Source of the DNA: Deltaproteobacteria bacterium
Lineage (GTDB): Bacteria > Myxococcota_A > Polyangia > HGW-17 > JAJRWW01
Reading direction: 5' to 3'
Length of the DNA: 51,508 bases
Assembly: GCA_029938605.1 (NCBI GenBank)
Contig: JAOZUO010000002.1
Span: 11,365-62,872, forward strand
Part shown: piece after piece, positions 1 through 7,240 of the stretch
How the letters are laid out: the number at the start of each line of letters is the position of its first letter
How positions within the stretch are numbered: the stretch's first letter is position 1
Notes under the pieces: generated by a model
Told to the model about the DNA's origin: nothing
What the model saw: the letters and a program-made list of their open reading frames with translations, nothing else
Database searches by the model: none
Position numbers and translations under genes: made by a program

Positions 1-443
1 CTTAGATGTCTCTGGGGAAAAGTTAACAAGTTAACTACGTCCCTCCCGTCCCCTCTCCCTGCGTCGCCGACGAGGCCGGCCTGTGCGAGCCGATGGAGCT
101 GCCGGATGCTCGCTGGGGTGATGTCGATCTCATCATATGACGAGTGAATCCAGTCCAGGGCGCGCCGATAACCAAACAGCTCCTCTTCCGGTCGGTCCCG
201 AGGAGGATCTTCACCCGACAGCAGCGGGCGCAACCGGTCCGCATCCACCGTCACGCCTTCGATGCGGTTGGACGACTCGGCGCTCTGGATGATGGCCAGC
301 CCGCGCAGCGCTGCGAGCACCTCAGGCTTCTGCTGCTGCCAGAGTTCCTGCTTTCCCCGTGCCTCCATACACGCACCCAACAACCACGCCAGACCCGGCG
401 GAATGCTCAGCCGGTCCATCACATCACTGCTGAACGAGTACAA
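1..443 (-). pseudogene. Fic-family protein, N-terminal part only; apparently truncated near position 60
   Basis: Not in the ORF track. Hand translation from TTG at 443 (AGGAGG just upstream): MYSFSSDVMDRLSIPPGLAWLLGACMEARGKQELWQQQKPEVLAALRGLAIIQSAESSNRIEGVTVDADRLRPLLSGEDPPRDRPEEELFGYRRALDWIH...IRQLHRLAQAGLVGDAG. SSNRIEG and LH...AG are typical of Fic N-terminal regions. After GDAG the frame runs into the AT-rich motif at 11-60. The HPFxxGNGR motif is not in the window. Confidence 0.75.
11..60 (+). repeat. Short motif (copy A), TCTGGG..TAACAAGTnnACTACGTCCC plus pyrimidine-rich tail
   Basis: 24-43 TAACAAGTTAACTACGTCCC matches 28861-28880 TAACAAGTACACTACGTCCC at 18/20; both are preceded by TCTGGG(G)AAA and followed by CCCCTCTCC-like sequence. 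Confidence 0.6.
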
Positions 444-457
444 GATCCACCTCCTAG

Positions 458-495
458 TATCCAATTATTATCCAATTACGGGAAAATATCCAATT
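458..495. promoter_or_regulatory. Three TATCCAATT direct repeats upstream of the Fic gene; putative operator
   Basis: Exact 9-mer at 458-466, 469-477 and 487-495, in an AT-rich patch immediately 5' of the Fic ribosome-binding site. Confidence 0.45.
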
Positions 496-653
496 TCCCA
501 TGCTCCACGGCCCACTGGAAGGATCTGTCGTGGTTGGCTCATGCAAAGGTTATCGGCCGCTGTCTCTTCCGGTTGCGCAAAACCAACCCCGGAGGGGTTC
601 GGCGGAGGGGTTCGGCGTATAAGCACAGCTAGACGCTGGGCGCCGTGGTGAGC

Positions 654-1556
654 CTATCCGTGTTCGAGGGCCTCGCGGATCTGGTGGATCAGAGGTTCGG
701 CCACCAGGGAGCGGGCGGTGACATCGGCGAGGGAGTCGGCCACCTGTTGCTCGGTCCAGCCCCAGTCGGCGCGGAGGCGCCAGGCCACGCGGGCTACGCC
801 GCCGGGGGATACCAGGTTGTGTTCGGCGAAGAGGGCGGCGGCCTGCAGGGCCTCCCGGGCGGCGTGCACCACGGGGCGGTAGGGGTCGAAGTAGGACGGG
901 TCGCGGCCGCGGGTGAGGATGACGCAGGCGAGCATCACCTGGGCACGTCCGGTGGCCCGGGCGGCGAGGTCCACCATGGGATCGACGGAGGACGGGGTGA
1001 CGCCGGCGTCGAGTAGGGCTGCGGCGAGGTCGTCGCCTGCCAGGTCACCGCGCTGCGTGGCGTCGAGCAGGTGGAACACGTGGCCGTCGGACTCCCAGTC
1101 GTCGCCCACCACCACCAGACGCGCGCCCGGTGGGAGGTCGGCGATGAGTGACCAGTGGGCGGTCAGCTTGTACTCCACCTGGAACTTCAGTTCCCGGAAG
1201 CGGCCTTGGAGGGCGAGCTGGAGCTGGTCCTTGAACAGGAACCCGTCGGGTTGTAGCCCATCGAGCAGCATCTTGCGACGGATCACGCCCGCGAGCTGCG
1301 GCGGGCTGGCCGAGACGAAGAAGATGGGGGTGTGAACGGGGTGTTCCCCCGGGCCCCGGCGGCACTCCTGCAAGGTGGCGGCCGTGCCCGGAATGATGGT
1401 CTTGTCGATGGCCATCTCCAGCGGAATCCGCAGGAGCCCCCAGATGGACTTGAAGTCCGTGTCCAGGTAGGTCTTGTCCACATCCCAGACAAAGACCGGC
1501 CCTTCGTAGTCTGGCTGCAGCCGGCGCTCACTCAGTTGAATGATGGGGTACGACAT
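654..1556 (-). CDS. HAD-superfamily phosphatase (App1/lipin-like DxDxT), possible phosphatidate phosphatase
   Basis: WDVDKTYL (DxDxT), FFVSASP (motif II), K...VGDDWESD (motifs III/IV); 15 nt downstream of gpsA. Confidence 0.7.
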   Translation of the reverse strand: MSYPIIQLSERRLQPDYEGPVFVWDVDKTYLDTDFKSIWGLLRIPLEMAIDKTIIPGTAATLQECRRGPGEHPVHTPIFFVSASPPQLAGVIRRKMLLDGLQPDGFLFKDQLQLALQGRFRELKFQVEYKLTAHWSLIADLPPGARLVVVGDDWESDGHVFHLLDATQRGDLAGDDLAAALLDAGVTPSSVDPMVDLAARATGRAQVMLACVILTRGRDPSYFDPYRPVVHAAREALQAAALFAEHNLVSPGGVARVAWRLRADWGWTEQQVADSLADVTARSLVAEPLIHQIREALEHG

Positions 1557-1571
1557 GGTCTGGGAAAGCCC

Positions 1572-2594
1572 TCAGGTGATGTCTGTGGACTCCACCTCCC
1601 ACATGGACGGGAGGCTGAGCATCTTCTCCAGGGCGTCAGCGGGTTTGGCGCCCTCGTACAGGACCTCGAAGACGCCTTGGCAGATGGGGAGCCGTACGCG
1701 ATGGGCGTCGGACCACTCCTTGACCACCCGGGCGGTGGGCACGCCCTCGGCCACCTGGCCAAGGTCTTCGAGGATCTGATCCAGGGGCTTGCCCTCGGCG
1801 AGCCCGAGTCCCACACGGTGGTTTCTGCTCAGATCCGAGAAGGCGGTCACCACGAGGTCTCCCACGCCCGCCATACCCGAGAAAGTCTCCGGCGCGGCGC
1901 CCATAATCGCGCCGAGGCGGGTCATCTCATTGAGGCCGCGAGAGATCAACATCGCCAGGGTGTTGTCGCCGAAGCCCATGCCCCGGGCGATGCCGCCGGC
2001 AATGGCGAGCACGTTCTTGACGGCGCCGGAGAGTTCGACGCCCAGCAGGTCGTGGCTGGCGTAGATGCGAAAGCGGGGGCTATGCAGCGGCCGCGCCACC
2101 ATGTGCACCACCTGCTCGAAGGCCGAGGCGATGACCGTTCCGCCGGGCACGCCCCGAAGGATCTCCACCGCCAGGTTCGGCCCGGAGATGGCGCCGATTT
2201 TGAGGCAGCAGGTCTCCTGGCGGAGCACCTCTGTCATGCGGGCGAAGCTCCCACGCTCCAGCCCCTTGGTGGCGCTGACCAGCACGTGGTCTCCGTGGAG
2301 ATGGTCGCCCAGGGCGCGCACCACCGTTCGAAAGGAGGAGGAGGGGATGGCCACCAGGAGCAGCTGGCATCGCTCGGCCATTTCAGCCAGGGCGGTGGTG
2401 GTCTGGATTTTTTCCGACAGCTTGAAGCCGGGGAGGTATCGCTTGTTTTCGCGGTCGCCGACGATGGCCGCCGCGCGTTCCTCATTCCGCATCCACAGCA
2501 GGGTCTCGTGGCCGTTGGAGCCGGCCAGGTGTGCGAGGGTCGTGCCGAAGGCGCCGCCGCCGAGCACTCCGATGGGCTTGTCAGTGGCCGTCAT
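1572..2594 (-). CDS. gpsA: NAD(P)H-dependent glycerol-3-phosphate dehydrogenase
   Basis: GGGAFGTTLA Rossmann motif, SATKGLE, SGPNLA, GAVKNVLAIAGG, GVGDLVVT, SRNHRVG. Confidence 0.96.
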   Translation of the reverse strand: MTATDKPIGVLGGGAFGTTLAHLAGSNGHETLLWMRNEERAAAIVGDRENKRYLPGFKLSEKIQTTTALAEMAERCQLLLVAIPSSSFRTVVRALGDHLHGDHVLVSATKGLERGSFARMTEVLRQETCCLKIGAISGPNLAVEILRGVPGGTVIASAFEQVVHMVARPLHSPRFRIYASHDLLGVELSGAVKNVLAIAGGIARGMGFGDNTLAMLISRGLNEMTRLGAIMGAAPETFSGMAGVGDLVVTAFSDLSRNHRVGLGLAEGKPLDQILEDLGQVAEGVPTARVVKEWSDAHRVRLPICQGVFEVLYEGAKPADALEKMLSLPSMWEVESTDIT

Positions 2595-4207
2595 TGGTCA
2601 CCTCGCAGACGCTCATCGATGGCCGACTCGAGGCCGTAACCCGTGAGCCGGTTGTGGTAGTAGTATAGGAGCTTCATGTCCCCGGGGAACAGACGATCTC
2701 CTCGGCGAGCCAGGACCTCGTGGGTGTGGTAGGTGCCGAAGTACTTCAGGCCATCGGCCACCACGGACTGGGGATCAAAGCCGAAGGGCACCGGGTTCGA
2801 TCCCAGCTCCCCGGCTCTCACTTTTTCTCGCAGCGCGTCTCGCAACCGCTCCAGGGCGAGGTGTACTTCGTTCAGGGGGATGCCACCGAGATCGTCGGCC
2901 GTGCGCAGGAACCGGTAGAACTGGCGGTCCATTCCCCGCGCCCTCAGGAGGCAGAAGGCAGTGAAGGCCAGCAGGTTCGTCGACAGGAAGGTGGCGTCTT
3001 GCCGGAGGGAGCGCACCACCGCCCGGCCCGCCTCGCGGGTGTACTCGGTGTCCCGCTGGGCGTCGTGATCGGGGCCGTCGCCGGTGAATACGTAGCGGCT
3101 CGGATCGACGGAGCGGCCGCGGCCGTCCTCGCTGGTGCCGTCGGGCCGCACGCGGTTGCCGAAGGGATCCAGGGGCTCGGAGATGTTCATGACGATGCGC
3201 GCGTCCAGGGAGATGAGCTCCTTGACGAAGTTGAGCACCTGGCGGGGCTTGGAGAACTCGTCGTCTTCAATAATGTAGCGGGACTTGCCGGCGGCCTTCA
3301 GATGGTCGTCGATGAGGGTCGCCGCCTCGAGCACCAGGCCATAGCTCAGGGTGCAGGGCACGATGTAGATGTTCGGCTTCTCTTTGTTGTTCTTGAGGTT
3401 GTTGATGTACGCCTGTAGTCCACAGCCTAGCAGCCCCAGCTTGAGGTGACTCTCCACGGCGCCGCTTCGGCAGCGGGTTCCCCCGGGAAAAAACAGGTTG
3501 TGATAGCCGAACTCCATGGAGACCGTGGCGTACTCCTTGAGCACCTGCTTGTAGAGGCCGGCCTGCTTGCGGCGGTCTACCTTGTAGGCTCCCAGGTTGT
3601 GCATGAAGAACGAGAGTAGCGGGTTGGCGAACAGGTTCAGCCCCGCGCCGTAGGTGAACGGCGGTAGTCCGAGCAAAAACAGGGAGTAGCCCAGGATGAT
3701 GGAGTCCAGGTTCGATAGGTGGGTGGGCGCGAGGATCACCGTGCCCTTGTTCGCCAGGCCCTTGAGGGTCTCGGTGGCGCCGCGGAGAACGACCTGATCC
3801 TTCAGGCTGGGTAACTCGGGTAGGCGGCTGATCAGAGACAGGGGAGATACCGCGTTCACCATCAGCCCGGCGCCCACGGGGAGTACCCGTGTGGTGAAGG
3901 CGTAGACCCGCGGATCGAACTTCCCGACTACCTCCCTGGCGAATCGATCGGTGGACTGGCGCAGCAGCTCCACCTGCTCGGACACGCTGGTCCGGGGGAG
4001 CTGCTGCCGAATGGAACGGTAGAGCTTTCGGTAGGCGTTGTTGTCCCGATCTCGAGGAGACTTCTTGAGCCGCTGCTGCTCGAAGTAGAGCGTATCGGCC
4101 AGCACGTCTTCCACGCTCAGCCCACCGTTATTCGCCCCGAGTCGGGTGGCCTCCACAATGCGTCCCACCACCTCAACGATGGTGCGTTCTCTATCCTGCT
4201 CCTTCAT
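2591..4207 (-). CDS. Glycerol-3-phosphate/lysophospholipid acyltransferase (PlsB-like)
   Basis: PTHLSNLD (HxxxxD), GAYKVDR, FFPGGTR; start moved to ATG 4207, which has GGAGG upstream; 4-nt overlap with gpsA. Confidence 0.85.
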   Translation of the reverse strand: MKEQDRERTIVEVVGRIVEATRLGANNGGLSVEDVLADTLYFEQQRLKKSPRDRDNNAYRKLYRSIRQQLPRTSVSEQVELLRQSTDRFAREVVGKFDPRVYAFTTRVLPVGAGLMVNAVSPLSLISRLPELPSLKDQVVLRGATETLKGLANKGTVILAPTHLSNLDSIILGYSLFLLGLPPFTYGAGLNLFANPLLSFFMHNLGAYKVDRRKQAGLYKQVLKEYATVSMEFGYHNLFFPGGTRCRSGAVESHLKLGLLGCGLQAYINNLKNNKEKPNIYIVPCTLSYGLVLEAATLIDDHLKAAGKSRYIIEDDEFSKPRQVLNFVKELISLDARIVMNISEPLDPFGNRVRPDGTSEDGRGRSVDPSRYVFTGDGPDHDAQRDTEYTREAGRAVVRSLRQDATFLSTNLLAFTAFCLLRARGMDRQFYRFLRTADDLGGIPLNEVHLALERLRDALREKVRAGELGSNPVPFGFDPQSVVADGLKYFGTYHTHEVLARRGDRLFPGDMKLLYYYHNRLTGYGLESAIDERLRGDQ

Positions 4208-4339
4208 CCATAGCCTCCATCGGGTCCCGTAGATGCGATTCCGAATAGTACAGGTCCACTGATGCCGTTGTCCACAGGCCATCTTGCCGGTTCTTTTTTT
4301 CAGCGACCCAGGGCCGATGTCCTCGTCTGGGGTTGGGTC

Positions 4340-4645
4340 CTATGGTGGGAGGGTGATGGTGACGCGGCCGTCGGGGGTGCGGTGGAGCTCGACGGTGATG
4401 GGATGACCGCCGGCGAGGTGGGGGTGATCAGCGCGGACCTGGCGGAAGTCCTGGGTTCGCAGGAAGTCGGTGAGGAGCTCGATCTCGAGCTCGGCGGCCA
4501 CCAGCCCGGGGCCGCCTCCGTCCGCGGCGCAGGGCTTGAGGCGGTCCTCCAGCAGCTCGTCCATCCTGGCTCGATGCGCCCGCCGAGCAGCAGTCTCGAT
4601 TCAGTGGCGGGTCAGATCCAGGCGGATGCAGGGGGCTTTGGTCAT
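4340..4645 (-). CDS. Small hypothetical protein, candidate selenoprotein (Sec at codon 15, RH-U-IET)
   Basis: ATG 4645 reads MTKAPCIRLDLTRH-TGA(4601-4603)-IETAARRAHRARMDELLEDRL... in frame with the called ORF 4340-4564; starts 20 nt after the upstream gene; SECIS-like hairpin follows the UGA. Confidence 0.6.
4566..4593 (-). promoter_or_regulatory. Putative bacterial SECIS hairpin
   Basis: Minus strand after UGA: ATCGAGA CTG-CT-GCTCG-GC-[GGGC]-GC-AT-CGAGC-CAG; the apical loop starts with G and lies 19 nt after the UGA. Confidence 0.45.
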
Positions 4646-4664
4646 GTGGCAGCCATGTGGTCTG

Positions 4665-5300
4665 TCAACGGGTGGGACGGACCAACGCGAGGTAGGAGGC
4701 CTCGAAGGTGACTTCCCGACGTAAGCAACTGCGTCCCACGAGGTCGGTGGTGATCCGAAGACCCTCGGCGCGGTACGGGTGCAGGTCCACCTCCTGATTG
4801 ATCTGCAATGGTAGGGTCGTCGCACCCTCGGGAATGATCGCGTTCCAGGCGATGAGCACCCGCGGTAGGGTCGAGTCCGCCTTGGAGGACTCGGCGTAGA
4901 TCTCGATGCCGGCCAGGAAGCCGAAGCTGGATTGCATGTCCATGGCAGTCGCGGCGTCGGTCATTTGGAGGCTGAGGGAGACGAGCCGAAAGGCGTCAAC
5001 GGCCCCGGCGTTCCGGCTCAGGAGCTCGCTGTCGGCCTGCTCGCCTATGTCCCCGAAAAGTTGGCTCAGGTCCCCCTCCAGGTCCTCCACATGCGCCGTC
5101 GGGACGGTGTCGCCGGTCCACCCCGCGGGACACTCCGTTTCCGGCAGCGCCGCGAAGGTCACCGGATGGGTCTGTCCCTCGAACTCGAGATACCCATGGC
5201 AACCCGCCGACAGGGCAACGAGCAGCGCCAGCGACTGAATCCATTGGGACCGACAGAACCTACGTTCAAGGATCTGCCTATTCATCGGTGTTCGGGGCAC
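4665..5300 (-). CDS. Hypothetical lipoprotein
   Basis: Hydrophobic signal ending in lipobox LSAG-C; acidic, beta-rich mature region; start codon uncertain. Confidence 0.7.
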   Translation of the reverse strand: MPRTPMNRQILERRFCRSQWIQSLALLVALSAGCHGYLEFEGQTHPVTFAALPETECPAGWTGDTVPTAHVEDLEGDLSQLFGDIGEQADSELLSRNAGAVDAFRLVSLSLQMTDAATAMDMQSSFGFLAGIEIYAESSKADSTLPRVLIAWNAIIPEGATTLPLQINQEVDLHPYRAEGLRITTDLVGRSCLRREVTFEASYLALVRPTR

Positions 5301-5375
5301 TATTCACGCAGCTGCTTACCGTGCGCAGCTTCCAACGACATTATACATGATTCGTGCGCCCGGGGCGTTCTCTGT

Positions 5376-6254
5376 TCAGGTGGGCGGCTTCGCGGTCTCG
5401 TCTGGCAGGGCTTCATTCATGGCGCCCCGGCGATATCCCTGGAGGTCCACCGACACATAGCAGAACCCCAGTTCGCGCCCCCGGCTGACCAATGTGTCCC
5501 GGACAGACGGCTCGAGCAGCCTCGGGATCTGGGCGGGCTCCACCTCCAGGCGGGCCACATCTCCGTGGTGACGGGCGCGGACCTGCCCGAAGCCCAGGTC
5601 CCGCAGGGTGGTCTCCAGCTTCTCCACCATGGACAGCCGCTCGTCCGTCACTCGGATGCCGTACTGGATGCGCGAGGCCAAACACGCCATCTCCACCTTG
5701 TCCCAGGTGGGCAGCCCCAGCGCCTGGCTCAGCGCCCGCACGTCTTCCTTGCGCAGCTTCGCATCGAGGAGGGGATGGCGGGCGCCCTGCTCCTGGGCGG
5801 CCCGGTGTCCGGGGCGGTGGTCTCCCATATCGTCGAGGTTGGTGCCGAGCACCACATGCGCCAGTCTCAGCTCCCGGGCCTTGGCGAAGGACCGCTCCAG
5901 CAGCACGGACTTACAGTGGTAGCAGCGGTTCTCATCGTTTCTGGCGTACTCCTCCAGGGACAGCTCATCGGTCTCGGTCTCCAGGAGCCGGGCGCCCATG
6001 CGCGCTGCCAGGACCTGGGCATCGGCGCGCTCGGTGGCCGGCAAGGATGCCGACACGGCGAGCAATCCCACCGCCTTGTCCCCCAAGGTCCGCGCCGCGG
6101 CGGCCAGCAGGAGCGTGGAGTCCACCCCGCCCGAGAAGGCCACGAGCACCGACCCCAGGTCCCGCAAGATGTCGCACAATCGCTCGTACTGCTCTCGGAG
6201 CCCTGGATCGGTGATGGTTGGTGTCCTGGCTGGAGGTGCTTTGGGTGCCTTCAT
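5376..6254 (-). CDS. larE: ATP-dependent sulfur transferase, LarE family
   Basis: PP-loop AFSGGVDS, NRCYHCK, GTNLDDMGDHRPG, CLASRI, VRARHHGDVARLEV, DLQGYRRGAMN; start placed at ATG 6254. Confidence 0.9.
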   Translation of the reverse strand: MKAPKAPPARTPTITDPGLREQYERLCDILRDLGSVLVAFSGGVDSTLLLAAAARTLGDKAVGLLAVSASLPATERADAQVLAARMGARLLETETDELSLEEYARNDENRCYHCKSVLLERSFAKARELRLAHVVLGTNLDDMGDHRPGHRAAQEQGARHPLLDAKLRKEDVRALSQALGLPTWDKVEMACLASRIQYGIRVTDERLSMVEKLETTLRDLGFGQVRARHHGDVARLEVEPAQIPRLLEPSVRDTLVSRGRELGFCYVSVDLQGYRRGAMNEALPDETAKPPT

Positions 6255-6384
6255 GTTCCTGAAGATACCCGGCCTCAGGGCTCGCGCAAGTCTTCCCAAC
6301 CTCCAGACAACGGTTCTGTCGATTGCGTGCCGGCGGCGGCGACGCCTGATGGAGTCATAGCCGGTGCGGAATGCTCGCAAAAAA

Positions 6385-6413
6385 TTGACGTTCTTCCCTG
6401 GCGGACCTATGCT
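6385..6413 (+). promoter_or_regulatory. Sigma70-type promoter for 6507-7073
   Basis: TTGACG-17 nt-TATGCT, preceded by an A-tract. Confidence 0.5.
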
Positions 6414-6506
6414 GGTAGTGACAGCTTAACGGACCGAATTTATTGAGCTTCATATCCTTTGCACCTGTACTGCGACGGCGGGACGGGTGGGAGGTAGCAG
6501 CCTGGA

Positions 6507-7073
6507 ATGGTGGATCGATTGAAGGACAGTTTGACTGACGACCCGTGGGGTCGGGGCGGTCGTGTGGCCGCGGAGCTGGCGCGCAAGTTGGTGGCGCTGG
6601 ACTTGGGCGTCGGGGACCTGGAGAAGCTGCTGGACGCCGTCGGTGTGGCGGAGGCGGAGGTGGAGTCCTTGCGCCAGGAGGTGGAGCGGACCGAGTCCCG
6701 ATTCGACGAGGCAGCGGTCCATGCGGCCGAGACCATGGTGAGCCTACGCAACGCCGCGGCCGAGCTGGGCGACAACCGGGAGCAGTTGGTGGAGGGTGGT
6801 CTCGCGGATGAGGCCATGCTCGCGGATTTGGACTATCAGATCGAATCCCTGGAGCGTCGTGTTGCCGACGTCAAGGCCGGGCAGTCCTCGGAAAACCGGG
6901 TCATCGACGAGGACCTTTCGCCGGAGCGGGACCTGCTCGTGGCCGGAGAGCTGCAGCGCCAGACGGTGACCGAGCAGCTCATCGGGCGGGTATTCGAGCT
7001 CAAACCCGACCCGTGCCCAGAGTCTCTCCAGGGCGACTTCGACGCGCTGGAGCTCCTGAGGCAGAGCCTATAA
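6507..7073 (+). CDS. Coiled-coil protein; stand-alone paralog of the adjacent kinase C-terminal domain
   Basis: GGAGG upstream; heptad-rich; shares ADL..QI..LE and PDPCP with the C-terminus of 7241-8857. Confidence 0.85.
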   Translation: MVDRLKDSLTDDPWGRGGRVAAELARKLVALDLGVGDLEKLLDAVGVAEAEVESLRQEVERTESRFDEAAVHAAETMVSLRNAAAELGDNREQLVEGGLADEAMLADLDYQIESLERRVADVKAGQSSENRVIDEDLSPERDLLVAGELQRQTVTEQLIGRVFELKPDPCPESLQGDFDALELLRQSL

Positions 7074-7232
7074 GGGTCCGCGAATGGACAACTCAGTCGC
7101 CCTAGCCGCCGATCCATCCCGCTGGGCGGCGTCGCTCGTCGGTTGCATAGGCACCGCTATACGCCCTCCTCGCTCCTTGCCCAGCGGGCGCCTCGACGGC
7201 CATCATCGATCGAGTTGTCTATTCGCGGACCC
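7074..7232. mobile_element. MITE-like non-autonomous element (159 bp)
   Basis: 21-bp terminal inverted repeats GGGTCCGCGAAT(G/A)GACAACTC (20/21 match); TAA on both sides (7071-7073, 7233-7235); internal stem CCCGCTGGGC/GCCCAGCGGG. Confidence 0.8.
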
Positions 7233-7240
7233 TAAGGGAA

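Noticed and set aside
590-618. CGGAGGGGTTCGG x2; similarly GTTTCGGGTCGAG x2 near 8947-8977
   Set aside because: Two-unit tandem duplications without spacers; not CRISPR and no evident function
144-651. Plus-strand ORFs 144-632 and 262-651
   Set aside because: Antisense to the Fic fragment, which has an RBS and family motifs
4269-4277. TTGTCCACA, a DnaA-box-like 9-mer
   Set aside because: Single mismatched copy with no origin context
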